64,000 nt of DNA from Chloroflexota bacterium (GCA_009838915.1 VXQT01000012.1:4671-68670); one strand, 5' to 3'. Positions 19,892 to 29,454 are shown, counted from the first letter of the stretch. Numbers and translations: made by a program. The notes: a model not told the origin generated them from the sequence alone.

Positions 19892-20497
19892 ATGGCATTC
19901 GTCCTCGGCGTTACCGGTTCCATCGCCTCGGGCAAGTCGGTGCTCTGCCGGCACCTGCTCAACTTTCACGGCGCCAGGCACATTGACGCCGACCGCCATG
20001 TCCACACGATGTACGAGCCGGGCAAGCCGGCCTTCGACCGGATCGTGGCCCGCTTCGGCGATGAGGTCGTTGGGACCGACGGTTTCATCGACCGCAAGGC
20101 GCTGGGTGACATCGTCTTCGGCAAGCCCGACCTGTTGGCCGCGCTACGGACCGCCATCGGCGACATCGAGGGTGAGTTCATGCGGCTGCTTCGCGAGTTG
20201 AAGGACGATTCGGCTCCGATCGCCGTGTTTGAAGCGGTGCGGCTGTTCGAGGGGCCATACATGGAGATCTGCGACGCCGGTTGGCTGGTCGCCGCCGAAG
20301 ACGACCGGGCGATCGATCGCTTGATGGCTCGCAACAACCTGACGCGCGAGGAAGCCGAGCAACGAATGGCCTCGGCGACGCCGTGGGCGGAGCGCGCGCC
20401 CAAGGCGGATCTTGTCCTGCACAACAACGGATCGGTCGCGGAGTTCCAGGCGGCGATCGACGAGGCCGTAGCCAACGCGTTGAGCGGCCGTACATAG
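19892..20497 (+). CDS. coaE: dephospho-CoA kinase
   Basis: P-loop GVTGSIASGKS; 201 aa. Confidence 0.9.
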   Translation: MAFVLGVTGSIASGKSVLCRHLLNFHGARHIDADRHVHTMYEPGKPAFDRIVARFGDEVVGTDGFIDRKALGDIVFGKPDLLAALRTAIGDIEGEFMRLLRELKDDSAPIAVFEAVRLFEGPYMEICDAGWLVAAEDDRAIDRLMARNNLTREEAEQRMASATPWAERAPKADLVLHNNGSVAEFQAAIDEAVANALSGRT

Positions 20498-20544
20498 CCG
20501 CTAGCCTCTACAGACACTTCAACATCTCACTTGGGGAGGCCGGC

Positions 20545-22737
20545 ATGGGCGCTCTTGATGGACTGCGCGTAATCGATTTCGGACAGTACATGGCCGGCCC
20601 GCTGGCCGGGATGATGCTGGCCGATAACGGCGCGGACGTGATTCGCGTCGATCCGCCCTCCGGCCCGATGTGGGACACCCCTGCCAACGCCGTCTGGAAT
20701 CGCGGCAAGCGGCGCATCTCGCTCGATCTCAAGACCGTCGACGGCCGGCGCACCGCCCAGGAACTGATCGCCTCGGCCGATGTCGTGATCGAGAACTTCC
20801 GACCGGGCGTCATGGACCGGCTCGGACTGGGCGCCGAGGAATCGACGGCCAATAACGATCGGCTGATCTACCTGTCGATGCCGGGATTCGCGTCCGACGA
20901 CGAACGCGCCGCCATGCCCGGCTGGGAAGGCGTGGTTTCGGCAGGCGTCGGGACGTACAGCGGTTCGCTGGAGCGGCAATACCTGTCGCCGGTCTATACG
21001 GCCGTGCCGATTGCCTCGTCGTACGCCGCGTTCGTCGGCTGCGCAGGCGTTGCGATGGCCCTGGTCGCCCGTGAACGCGACGGCTTCGGCCAGCGGATCG
21101 AAGCCTCGCTGCACGACAGCATGTACCAGGCGATCGGCATCCGCGGCCTCAAGTTCCTCGACCGTGACGCGCCCGGCGGTCCGGTGCCCTGGGTTGGGCC
21201 GTACGAGTGCCGGGACGGACGCTGGGTCTTTTTCCACGCCGCCTACTCGCACTTCATCCGCCAGTTCTGCATCGCCGCCGGCGTGCCGCAATGGCTGGAC
21301 GAGCCCTGGTCGAAGGCCTCCGAGATCCGCCAGGACTTCTCGCTCGCCGATGTCGCCCGCGCGCAGCTGACCAACATCTTCCTCACGCGCACGGCGCAAG
21401 AGTGGGAGGACCTGATCAACGAGGCCGGACCGCCGACCGTGCGCGCGCTCGACTCGGCCGAGTGGCTGCTGGAACCGCACGCGCGAGAAGCGGAAATCAT
21501 CGTCGAACTGGACGATCCCGAGATCGGGCCGATGCTGCAGCCCGGCATCCAGGTGCGGATGTCGAAGACGCCGGGCGAGATTCGCGGTCCGCGCAAGCCG
21601 CTCGATGCCGACCAGGAGGACATCCTCTCGGAGCTTCAAGGAGCTGCACCGGCGGCGATGCGAGCGCCGGGCAACCGGTTGTCACAGGCGCTCGAAGGCA
21701 TGACCGCGCTTGACCTGTGCATCATCCTCGCCGGTCCGACCTGCGGCCGCACGCTGGCCGAGTTCGGCGCGGACGTGGTCAAGATCGACAACCCGTTCCG
21801 TGAGAACGGCATCCTGCTGCACGAGGACATCAACCGTGGCAAACGATCGGTCCTGCTCGACCTCAAGCGCGAGGAGGGACGCGAACTGTTCATGGAACTG
21901 GCCGCCGATGTCGACGTGGTCGTCCAGAATTACCGCCTCGGCAAGGTCGGCGGACTCGGCGTCGAGTACGAGTCAGTCAAGCAGATCAACCCCAACGTGA
22001 TCTACGCGTCGCTGAACGCCTTCGGCGAGATTGGTCCCTGGGCGCATCGGGCGGGTTGGGAGCAGCTGGCCCAGTCGGCGAGCGGGATGCTGACACGCTA
22101 CGGCGACACCGTGCCGACACTGCAGCCGTTCGCGATCAACGACTACGGCACCGGCATCAACGGCGCGTTCGCGGTTGGGATGGCGCTCTACCACCGGCTG
22201 CGCACCGGCGAGGGTCAGCAGGTCTTCACCGCGCTCGCGCGTACCGCCAGCACGCTGCAGTCCAACATGCTGCACGGCTACGAGGGCAAGCGCTGGGACG
22301 AGCCGGCGGGCCAGAGCGCGCTTGGCGAGGGCCCGGCACATCGCCTCTACGAGGCTTCGGACGGCTGGCTGTTCGTTGGCGCGCACCTCGAGCAGGCCGA
22401 GCAGATTCCTTCCGAGGACGAGTTCAGAACCCGGACCGTCAGCGATTGGGTCGCACAGCTCACGGCGTTCGGCATCGGCGCGGCCCCGGTCGGCACAATC
22501 GAGGACGCGATGACCAACAAGCGCGCCGTCCGCCTCGGATTCTCGGTCACACGCGAGCACGAGGGACGCGGCCGGGTGCGAACCAACGGCCCCTCGATCC
22601 GCATGGGTCGGACGCCGACGACTATCGGTCGGCCGGCCATGCTGCCCGGCTCGGCCGCGTCGGAGGTGCTGGGCGAACGCTCGGAGGATCTGTCCGAGCT
22701 AGGCGTCGTGGTCGCCGCGGACGCTGCCGGAGGATGA
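20545..22737 (+). CDS. tandem-fused double CoA-transferase family III (CaiB/BaiF) protein
   Basis: 730 aa. Domain 1 begins MGALDGLRVIDFGQYMAGP…; domain 2 begins …LEGMTALDLCIILAGPTCG… near 21690. The frame is continuous. RBS ggggagg precedes the ATG at 20545. Confidence 0.8.
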   Translation: MGALDGLRVIDFGQYMAGPLAGMMLADNGADVIRVDPPSGPMWDTPANAVWNRGKRRISLDLKTVDGRRTAQELIASADVVIENFRPGVMDRLGLGAEESTANNDRLIYLSMPGFASDDERAAMPGWEGVVSAGVGTYSGSLERQYLSPVYTAVPIASSYAAFVGCAGVAMALVARERDGFGQRIEASLHDSMYQAIGIRGLKFLDRDAPGGPVPWVGPYECRDGRWVFFHAAYSHFIRQFCIAAGVPQWLDEPWSKASEIRQDFSLADVARAQLTNIFLTRTAQEWEDLINEAGPPTVRALDSAEWLLEPHAREAEIIVELDDPEIGPMLQPGIQVRMSKTPGEIRGPRKPLDADQEDILSELQGAAPAAMRAPGNRLSQALEGMTALDLCIILAGPTCGRTLAEFGADVVKIDNPFRENGILLHEDINRGKRSVLLDLKREEGRELFMELAADVDVVVQNYRLGKVGGLGVEYESVKQINPNVIYASLNAFGEIGPWAHRAGWEQLAQSASGMLTRYGDTVPTLQPFAINDYGTGINGAFAVGMALYHRLRTGEGQQVFTALARTASTLQSNMLHGYEGKRWDEPAGQSALGEGPAHRLYEASDGWLFVGAHLEQAEQIPSEDEFRTRTVSDWVAQLTAFGIGAAPVGTIEDAMTNKRAVRLGFSVTREHEGRGRVRTNGPSIRMGRTPTTIGRPAMLPGSAASEVLGERSEDLSELGVVVAADAAGG

Positions 22738-22748
22738 AGAGTTAGACC

Positions 22749-23012
22749 ATGAAGGCCACATACTTCGCGGATACCGACACTCTTGTCCTCCAGTTCACGG
22801 AGAGGCTGGTCGAGGACTACGTAGATGTCGGTGTCGGCGACTTGATGGAACTCGACGCCCGCGGCGAGGTCGTCAAACTGACCCTCGAACATGCAGAGGA
22901 ACGCAAGATCCTTCCGGGAATTGAGTTCGAAAAGCTCCAGAACGGCACGGTCGAGGTCGAACAGATCGATGGCAAGTGGCTTTGGTACGAGCTGGTCAGA
23001 GTCGACGCCTGA
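22749..23012 (+). CDS. DUF2283-family small protein
   Basis: 87 aa, MKATYFADTDTLVLQF…; GC is lower than in the neighbouring genes. Confidence 0.55.
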   Translation: MKATYFADTDTLVLQFTERLVEDYVDVGVGDLMELDARGEVVKLTLEHAEERKILPGIEFEKLQNGTVEVEQIDGKWLWYELVRVDA

Positions 23013-23058
23013 GACTCCGCTAGCCTCTGCTCAACACTGCCTGAGTGGAGGATTCCTA

Positions 23059-24252
23059 ATGGCCTTGGCGCTTTCGGATGTTCGGATACTGGACCTGACG
23101 CAGTATGAGGCGGGGACGTCATCGACGCAGGCGCTGGGTTGGCTGGGGGCTCAGATTGTCAAGATCGAGCCGCCCGGGCGCGGCGAGCCTGGGCGGCGGC
23201 TTGGGGCGGCCAGCGGCGACGATTCAACCTACTTCATCACGCTGAACAACAACAAACGCTCGCTGACGCTGGACCTGAAGTCGGACGAAGGGCGCGAGAT
23301 ATTCCTGGAGCTGGTTCCCAAGTTCGACATCGTGGTCGAGAACTTCACCCTGGGCACGATGGAGCGGCTGGGGCTGGGCTACGAGACGCTCAAGAAGATT
23401 CATCCCACGCTGATCTACTGCACGGTCAAGGGATTCGGCACAACGGGACCCTGGGCGCCGACCAAGTCGTTCGACATGGTCGCGCAGGCGGCCGGCGGCG
23501 CGATGGCGATCACGGGGACCAAGGACACGCTGCCGCTCAAGCCGGGACCGACCGTGGGCGACACCGGCACCGGCGTGCAGGCGGCGATCGGGATGCTGGC
23601 CGCGCTCTGGCAGCGACAGCGCGACGGCGTGGGGCAGAAGGTCGAGCTGTCAATGCAGGAGGCGGTCACCAACTACACCCGCGTGCCGATGACGCGGCGC
23701 GAGGTCGCCGGCGACCCGGCGCCGCCCTACGGCGACGGGCAGACCGCGCCGACCGGGCTCTTCCCCTGCAAGCCGGGCGGACGCTCAGATTGGGTCTGGA
23801 TCGTCGTCGCCAGCGGACGAATGCGCGAGGCGCTGATGAACACCATCGGTCGACCCGACCTGACTCCCTCCAACGGCGCCGGCGGCATCACCCGCACCGA
23901 CGGCGAGGACGTCCGCCAGGCGATCGAATCGTGGACCCGCGAGCGGACCAAGTTCGAGGTCATGGAAACAATGCGCGCCGCCGGCGTCCCCTCCGGTCCG
24001 GTGCTCGATTCGGGTGAGATCTTCACCAACGAGCACCTCAAGGAGCGCGGGATGTTGATCGACATCGAGCATCCGACGCGCGGCCCGATGACGCTGCTCG
24101 GCTGCCCGATCAGGCTGAGCGAAAGCCCAGCCGTGCATCGTCGAGCTCCGCTGCTGGGCGAGCACACCGCGGAGGTGCTGGCCGAGGAGCTGGGGCTTGC
24201 GCCCTCGGAGGTTGAGGCGCTTGCGCAGTCGGGGATTGTGTCCACCGCCTGA
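23059..24252 (+). CDS. CoA-transferase family III (CaiB/BaiF)
   Basis: RILDLTQYEAGTSSTQALGWLGA… with the conserved Asp region; 397 aa; a ggagga RBS is present. Confidence 0.85.
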   Translation: MALALSDVRILDLTQYEAGTSSTQALGWLGAQIVKIEPPGRGEPGRRLGAASGDDSTYFITLNNNKRSLTLDLKSDEGREIFLELVPKFDIVVENFTLGTMERLGLGYETLKKIHPTLIYCTVKGFGTTGPWAPTKSFDMVAQAAGGAMAITGTKDTLPLKPGPTVGDTGTGVQAAIGMLAALWQRQRDGVGQKVELSMQEAVTNYTRVPMTRREVAGDPAPPYGDGQTAPTGLFPCKPGGRSDWVWIVVASGRMREALMNTIGRPDLTPSNGAGGITRTDGEDVRQAIESWTRERTKFEVMETMRAAGVPSGPVLDSGEIFTNEHLKERGMLIDIEHPTRGPMTLLGCPIRLSESPAVHRRAPLLGEHTAEVLAEELGLAPSEVEALAQSGIVSTA

Positions 24253-24270
24253 ACAGCCGCGCCGTGGCGA

Positions 24271-26157
24271 TCAGCGCACGGCGACGTCCCAGCGGTCGGC
24301 GCAGTTGGCGACGACGAGGTCGATGTCGTCGGCGAGGATGAGGTTTTCCTTCGCCAAGGCCTCTGCATCGGATCTGACTCGGCCGAGGTAGGACTCCCTG
24401 TCGCCGTAGCGGGCGAGGATTTCGTCGCGGTCGAACCACTGGGTGAGGCCGACAAAGTGGCTGGTCAGGTCCTCGCCGCCGGTGTCGGGATGGCGCGGAT
24501 TCCAGCCGGTGTGGATGCCGAGCGGCTGGGTCAGGTCGGGGAGACGCAAACCGGCGACTTCGTTGCCGCGCTCGTCTATTGCCGAGACGTAGCCCTGGTA
24601 CTCCTCGCCCTCCTCGGGGGGCAGCGTGGACCAGTCCACCGTGCGGACCCGGGAGAGCCGATCGGCGTCGGGTGTCGTGACCCGGTCGGCGACCTGGTCC
24701 AGCACGTCGTCGCGGGTGGCGGCGGTGCCGTTGGCCAGGCTGGGCACGCTGGATGGCGGCGCATCCGACTCTCCGGCCGCCCAGCGGTCGAGGTTGACCA
24801 GGGCGGCCCGCATCAGCGGCGTCTGGTCGACGGCGTTGTGGCGGTACATGCTGCGATCGCCGGTCAGGAAGAAGCTGTCCATCGGCTCGGCCTGGCCCGC
24901 GCCGTGCTGAGTGCAGGCGAGCAGGTAGTGGCGCGAGTTCGGGTGCTGCGGGATGTCCTCGCCGGAGACCGGGTCGATGTCGATCAGCGAGGCGTCTCCG
25001 CGCCAGTACTCCCAGCTCGTGTTGGTCTTGACGATCTTCGGCGTCACGCCCTGCTCGTCCGAGCGCTGGAGCAGACCGTCGGTTGCGCCGCTGATGGCGT
25101 CGTCGCGGATCACGTCGGCATGCGGGAACTCGTGGATCGGGCCAGCGAGGAAGAGTTGCGAGGGCTGACCGAAGCGGCGATTGAACTCGCCGCGGATGCC
25201 GCCGGCGACGTGGATGTGCATGCCGTCGAACGCCCTCTGAGAGAGGTCGTCGGGATTGCGATTGAGTCCGAGGTAGAGCAGGTGGCGGAGGAAGCGGCCG
25301 CTCTGCGAGATGCCGAAGCCGTGCACGCGCTCGTAGGAGCGCTGCCAGTTGCGCAGGAACAGGGCGGCGTCGCGGAAGGCGAGCAGCCCCGAGCCGACGA
25401 CCGGCGAGCGGTCGGTGGGATAGACGACCTCATAGATCTTGCCGGGCGTGAAGCCGTCCTGGAGCCAGACGTCCATCGTCGACGGCTCCACACCGTTCTC
25501 GGTCGCTCTGGCGAAGCGCCAACGGTCACGGGGGATTTCGCGGGGCTCGTCATCCTCAAAGTCGAGGACGTAGAGGCGAGCCTGGCCCTGGTCTGCCTCC
25601 GAGACCGGGTAGCCGGGCTGATTGAGGTGCTCGATCGGCATCGAGGCCACCGCCTCGCTGGGTCGCAGATCGGTGATCGCTTCGCCCGAGATCGAGTTGC
25701 CATCGAGTCCGAGCGCCTCCGGCGCCTCGAAGTCGAGCAGCGTCTCCATGTCGGGCGTGTTCCACTGCCAGGCGACCGAGGCGACGCTGAAGCCCTGGCT
25801 GAAGAGGAAGCCGTCGCCGGGGTGCAGCGGGTCGGTGAGCGTGAACTCCGGCGGCGTCCGATTGAGCGCGCCGGGCAGCAGGCTGCGTCCGCGATTGGGC
25901 ACGTCGATCACCAGCGCGCCGTTGCCCGCCGCCGGATCAATCGGCCGCATCAGCACGAGGTCGCCGCTGAAGCGCACACAGCCGTCGGTACCGCGATTGG
26001 CGCACTCGAGGTCGGTAATCCGCCGGTGGTCCTCCAGCATCGGGTTGACCGCATAGCGCAGCCGAGCCCGGATCAGCTCGAACGCCCCGTGCGCGCCGAA
26101 CTCCCGCCCGTCGGCGTACGGTCCCTGGTGAGTGATGTCGATTCGTTCAACGGACAT
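24271..26157 (-). CDS. large alpha/beta-hydrolase-domain protein (GxSxG: GISQSGR)
   Basis: The conserved N-terminus MSVERIDITHQGPYADG…AFELIRARL and the nucleophile elbow GISQSGRFLR match long actinobacterial 'alpha/beta hydrolase domain' proteins. The start is probably 26157, not the ORF maximum of 26349. Confidence 0.6.
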   Translation of the reverse strand: MSVERIDITHQGPYADGREFGAHGAFELIRARLRYAVNPMLEDHRRITDLECANRGTDGCVRFSGDLVLMRPIDPAAGNGALVIDVPNRGRSLLPGALNRTPPEFTLTDPLHPGDGFLFSQGFSVASVAWQWNTPDMETLLDFEAPEALGLDGNSISGEAITDLRPSEAVASMPIEHLNQPGYPVSEADQGQARLYVLDFEDDEPREIPRDRWRFARATENGVEPSTMDVWLQDGFTPGKIYEVVYPTDRSPVVGSGLLAFRDAALFLRNWQRSYERVHGFGISQSGRFLRHLLYLGLNRNPDDLSQRAFDGMHIHVAGGIRGEFNRRFGQPSQLFLAGPIHEFPHADVIRDDAISGATDGLLQRSDEQGVTPKIVKTNTSWEYWRGDASLIDIDPVSGEDIPQHPNSRHYLLACTQHGAGQAEPMDSFFLTGDRSMYRHNAVDQTPLMRAALVNLDRWAAGESDAPPSSVPSLANGTAATRDDVLDQVADRVTTPDADRLSRVRTVDWSTLPPEEGEEYQGYVSAIDERGNEVAGLRLPDLTQPLGIHTGWNPRHPDTGGEDLTSHFVGLTQWFDRDEILARYGDRESYLGRVRSDAEALAKENLILADDIDLVVANCADRWDVAVR

Positions 26158-26348
26158 GGCGGTTCTGCTTTCGGGTCCGGCGCGATTGGCGCCGGTTGAC
26201 ATCGTGCAGGATACGTCGGAGGAGCTTGCCTCTGGCCCCTGCGTACGCAGGGGCAAGCTGCTATACGACTTTCCCACCGCTAGCGCGGGGGAAGAGGTAA
26301 TGGCGCTCCAGGAAAAAAGAACAGGGGCCGAACCGCGCGAGTCGGGCA

Positions 26349-26651
26349 TTAGAGGGGATCGTCCTCCTCGGCTGAGGACGCCTCCTCGTCTTCGTCGGCG
26401 TCCTCGTTGTCTCTCAGATAGCAGGCGTAGGGGTGCTCATCGGGGAGCCGCGGCTCTTGAGAGACCGGGGTGGACGGAAGGTCGGGTTCGTCGCCGCGGT
26501 TGCGGACTATATCGCGGTGCTTGGGGTTGGCGGGCGAGAGGAGGTTGGCCAAGCGTCCGGCGGCGTTGACTCGGACGTAGGCGGGGTGGCTGTCGGAGGC
26601 GAGTTCGGTGAGAACGTCGATGGCGGCCTTGAAGCTGGGGTCGATGGGCAT
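26349..26651 (-). CDS. hypothetical protein with acidic C-terminal tail
   Basis: 100 aa with strong GC3 bias; the C-terminus is …DNEDADEDEEASSAEEDDPL. Confidence 0.5.
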   Translation of the reverse strand: MPIDPSFKAAIDVLTELASDSHPAYVRVNAAGRLANLLSPANPKHRDIVRNRGDEPDLPSTPVSQEPRLPDEHPYACYLRDNEDADEDEEASSAEEDDPL

Positions 26652-26838
26652 GGCTGGATCCTTTGCGGTTGGGACGTTTGGGATCGATCATATGCGGACG
26701 TATGTGCGACTGGAGAAATGAGCGGTGCGTTGGGGTTGACTGGGACGACTACGGGGCGTGCGGGAGCATTCCCTAGAGTGACGCGCTTGAATGTTGCAAC
26801 GCCCACGGATCTCTGCCTGGGGCAGTCGAAAGTGCTCG

Positions 26839-27378
26839 CTACTCCTGAAACTCGCGCATCAACTGCCGCAGGTCGGCTATCTCTGGTCGCGCTGCTCGAA
26901 TCTCCCGACACTCAGGTACGCCCCAGCAGTCGGCCGGCGCTTTGTCGATGATGTCCATCAGAAGCAACATGCACCCCTCGGCGAAGAATGCGTCGTCTTG
27001 GACCTGCTGACTCGGACCCGTGCTCTCAAGAACCTTGTTCAGCATCTTCTCGCAGTCACCCCACATCCCTGTGTACTCGCTGAGCCACAAGTAGGCATCA
27101 GGGTGAAGCTCATCCGACAGGTCGGACGGTGCTGTCTCTACTAACTCTTCGTCTCCGCCAGTGAGCGTGCAGACGCCCGCAGTCACCGCCGCGATCACGA
27201 CAATTGCAATCAAGCCGAACAGAGCGTCTCGGTTCTCCTTGGGCTTTCTGCTGTCGGTATTGTCGGGAGGCTTGCCTGCATCCGGTCTCTGACTCGGCCC
27301 GAGGTCTCCTAGCGTCGGGCGTGCTCGCGTCTCTCGGATGCGTCGGCGAAGCTCTTCTGCACTTTCGTATGGAGGCAA
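26839..27378 (-). CDS. hypothetical single-pass membrane protein with Cys-containing extracytoplasmic domain
   Basis: 179 aa; transmembrane segment ALFGLIAIVVIAAVTAGVC; four Cys in the C-terminal domain. It lies in the low-GC islet. Confidence 0.5.
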   Translation of the reverse strand: MPPYESAEELRRRIRETRARPTLGDLGPSQRPDAGKPPDNTDSRKPKENRDALFGLIAIVVIAAVTAGVCTLTGGDEELVETAPSDLSDELHPDAYLWLSEYTGMWGDCEKMLNKVLESTGPSQQVQDDAFFAEGCMLLLMDIIDKAPADCWGVPECREIRAARPEIADLRQLMREFQE

Positions 27379-27379
27379 G

Positions 27380-28024
27380 TCAGTCGCCTCTCAGCACTCG
27401 GCGCTTCTGGTCTTCGAACTCTTCATCGGTCAGCATCCCACGCTCACGCAGATCTGCAAGCCGCTCTAGCTGCCCGATGACATCGACGCTTTGGCTCGCA
27501 GTTGGAAGGGTCAGTTCGGTCGGAGGCACCAACTCGCTGCCTTGCTCCCACTCGTCCGCGAGCGGGGTTCTAGCGTCAAGCTTCCTCGCCTCAATCGCGT
27601 ACTCAACCTGTTGGACAAACACGTTGACCGTTTGCTTTGAGACCTGCTCGATCTTGTGCTCGTTGGCTCCAACTTGAATTCTGATGTTCCCGAACAGGAG
27701 GCCAACGTCACCAGCAATGACGCTCACTTTGTCCAGATCGATTGCAACTGCTTGGATGCCGCGGAACACTCCCTTCTTGAGTATCAACAGCCGGCGATCG
27801 GTGAGAGTGATCAGGCTGGCCCCCAGGTTCCAGGACACATTCTCTGCACCGGAGTACAAACCACTGGCCATCCAGAGCAAGAGTTCATCACCCATCAACA
27901 CACTTCGCAAGTGCTTTCGCTCGCCGGCAGCCACAATCCGTTTGTCTCCACACTGGATAGCAAGTTCCTTGTATTGAGCTTCGAACTCCGTATCAGACAG
28001 TGCGCAAACGTGAATCGGGTCCAT
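27380..28024 (-). CDS. bacterial PH (bPH_2/YokE-like) domain protein with C-terminal SHOCT domain
   Basis: …ELLLWMASGLYSG…LTDRRLLI… gives the PH-like part. The C-terminal LERLADLRERGMLTDEEFEDQKRRVL is a SHOCT motif. Its stop codon lies 1 nt from the start of the downstream gene. Confidence 0.6.
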   Translation of the reverse strand: MDPIHVCALSDTEFEAQYKELAIQCGDKRIVAAGERKHLRSVLMGDELLLWMASGLYSGAENVSWNLGASLITLTDRRLLILKKGVFRGIQAVAIDLDKVSVIAGDVGLLFGNIRIQVGANEHKIEQVSKQTVNVFVQQVEYAIEARKLDARTPLADEWEQGSELVPPTELTLPTASQSVDVIGQLERLADLRERGMLTDEEFEDQKRRVLRGD

Positions 28025-28039
28025 GGCCGGATACTCCCC

Positions 28040-28135
28040 CGTCTTGCAGCCAAAGTCAGTCGCGGAGCGGGGGGAGAGGGGGAAGTGGGGCGACGGCGCC
28101 TGGAGGCGAGCGGGTCCCTGTGTGAAGCAGGGACT
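28040..28135. repeat. REP-like repeat, family A, partial, plus the gggtccctg-tgtgaag-cagggac hairpin
   Basis: The sequence gcggagcggggggagaggggg is followed by a gggtccc-n7-gggac hairpin, and lies between the low-GC islet (left) and the amidohydrolase 3' end (right). Confidence 0.8.
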
Positions 28136-28146
28136 GGGAACTGGGT

Positions 28147-29280
28147 TCAGCTCAGGCCCCATAGCTTCTGGGCGTTGCCGCCGACGATCTTTTGGGCGTC
28201 TTCGATGGAGTCGGTGGCGTCGAAGACGTCCCAGAGGGATTGCTGGGTGTAGCCGACGGCGCTCTCGGGGTGCGGGTAGTCGCTGCCCCACATGACGTTG
28301 TCGACGCCGATCAGGTCGAGCTGGCGCAGGCCCGAGGGGTCCTCGATGAAGGTGGCGTAGCAGTTCTCAAACCAGTAATGGCTGGGCGGCTTGGCCAGCT
28401 TCGGAGTCATCTCCGACTCGAACGAGGCGTAGACCTTGTCGCAGTCGAACAGCGCGCTGGGCACCCAGGCGATGCCGCCTTCGGTGAAAACGACCTTGAG
28501 GCCGGGGTTGCGCTCGAAGATGCCGGCGAAGGTGAGCAGCGCGAAGAGTCGGCGGAAGGGCTGGAAGGCGACCACGATGGTCGTGGCCAGACCGCCCTGG
28601 CCGCGGGCGTCGAAGGTCTCGCCGACGTGGAAGCTGAGCGGCAGGCCGGACTCGCCGATTGCCCGCCACATCGGTTCGAGCGCGCGGGCGTTGTAGTAGA
28701 CCTTCGAGTGCGGCGGCGGCAGCGAGGGCATCAGCACGCCCTTGAAGCCGAGCGCGGCAATCTTCTGCAGCTCGTCCTCGGTGCGCTCCGGGTCCCAGTA
28801 GTTGAGCAGGGCGAGTCCGTGCAGGCGCTCGGGCTGCTCGGCGCAGAAGTCGGCCAGCATCTCGTTGTAGGCGTCCATGCAGGCCTGGATGTAGTCGAAG
28901 TCCTGATTGCGGATTACACCGAGCATGCGCTGGGGGAAGAGGATTTCCTGTTCGACGCCTTCCCGCGTGATCTCCCCGACGCGGACAGCGGCGTCCCACA
29001 TCCCGGCGCGGCCCTCGATCATCTCACTGGGCATCGCCTTGTTGTCGGTCGACTCGCCGTCGATCTCCATGTGGAAGCCGCGCTCGTTGAAGACGCCGCG
29101 CGGGGCGCGGTCGCGGTAGTGGGCTGGCATACGGTCGACGAACTCGCCGGTCTCCAGCCAGTGGCTGTCGGCGGAGATCACGGTGGTGCCGGCCGGCAGC
29201 GGGCGCGTGGTCTCGGGCAGTTCCCGCTGGTTGGGCCAGGGGAGCGGGCTGGTGCTGATGCTGGACAGGGTGGTGGTCAT
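28147..29280 (-). CDS. amidohydrolase-2 (ACMSD-like metal-dependent hydrolase/decarboxylase) family protein
   Basis: 377 aa from MTTTLSS; motifs …SFHVGE…, WGSDYPHPE. The ORF track extended it upstream through the repeat. Confidence 0.85.
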   Translation of the reverse strand: MTTTLSSISTSPLPWPNQRELPETTRPLPAGTTVISADSHWLETGEFVDRMPAHYRDRAPRGVFNERGFHMEIDGESTDNKAMPSEMIEGRAGMWDAAVRVGEITREGVEQEILFPQRMLGVIRNQDFDYIQACMDAYNEMLADFCAEQPERLHGLALLNYWDPERTEDELQKIAALGFKGVLMPSLPPPHSKVYYNARALEPMWRAIGESGLPLSFHVGETFDARGQGGLATTIVVAFQPFRRLFALLTFAGIFERNPGLKVVFTEGGIAWVPSALFDCDKVYASFESEMTPKLAKPPSHYWFENCYATFIEDPSGLRQLDLIGVDNVMWGSDYPHPESAVGYTQQSLWDVFDATDSIEDAQKIVGGNAQKLWGLS

Positions 29281-29337
29281 GGCGTGGTCTCTCGGACTTC
29301 GGCGGTCGTTGGCAGGCAGGATAGTGCTTGCGGGATG

Positions 29338-29441
29338 GGGGAGCCCCCCTCTGCCTTCGGCATCTCCCCGCGCTCGCGCGGGGGGAGAGGGGAAGTGAGC
29401 TGCACTCCCTCCACCTCCGCGGGGGGAGAGGGGATCGGGAG
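29338..29441. repeat. REP-like repeat, family A, reverse orientation, extended
   Basis: gcccccctctgccttcggcatctcccc gcgctcgcgc ggggggag … ccgcggggggagagggg, in a divergent promoter region. Confidence 0.85.
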
Positions 29442-29454
29442 TAATCTGCGCGGT

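Noticed and set aside
19799-19898. Longer Tag start at 19898, overlapping the coaE start
   Set aside because: Alignment with E. coli Tag begins at RCQWPG. GTG at 19799 gives a 195-aa protein of the expected size, and the upstream 33 codons are low-complexity.
20527-21639. 370-aa minus ORF inside the fused CoA-transferase gene; similar cases at 3840..5048, 38472..40112, 44462..45766, 45785..46687, 32269..33263 and 59139..60209
   Set aside because: All are antisense or out of frame to genes with strong family signatures and have high-GC, low-complexity translations.
24457-26199. 580-aa + ORF antisense to the large hydrolase-domain gene
   Set aside because: Its composition (Ala/Gly/Arg/Val-rich, no motifs) and the well-formed GxSxG protein on the other strand make it a shadow ORF.
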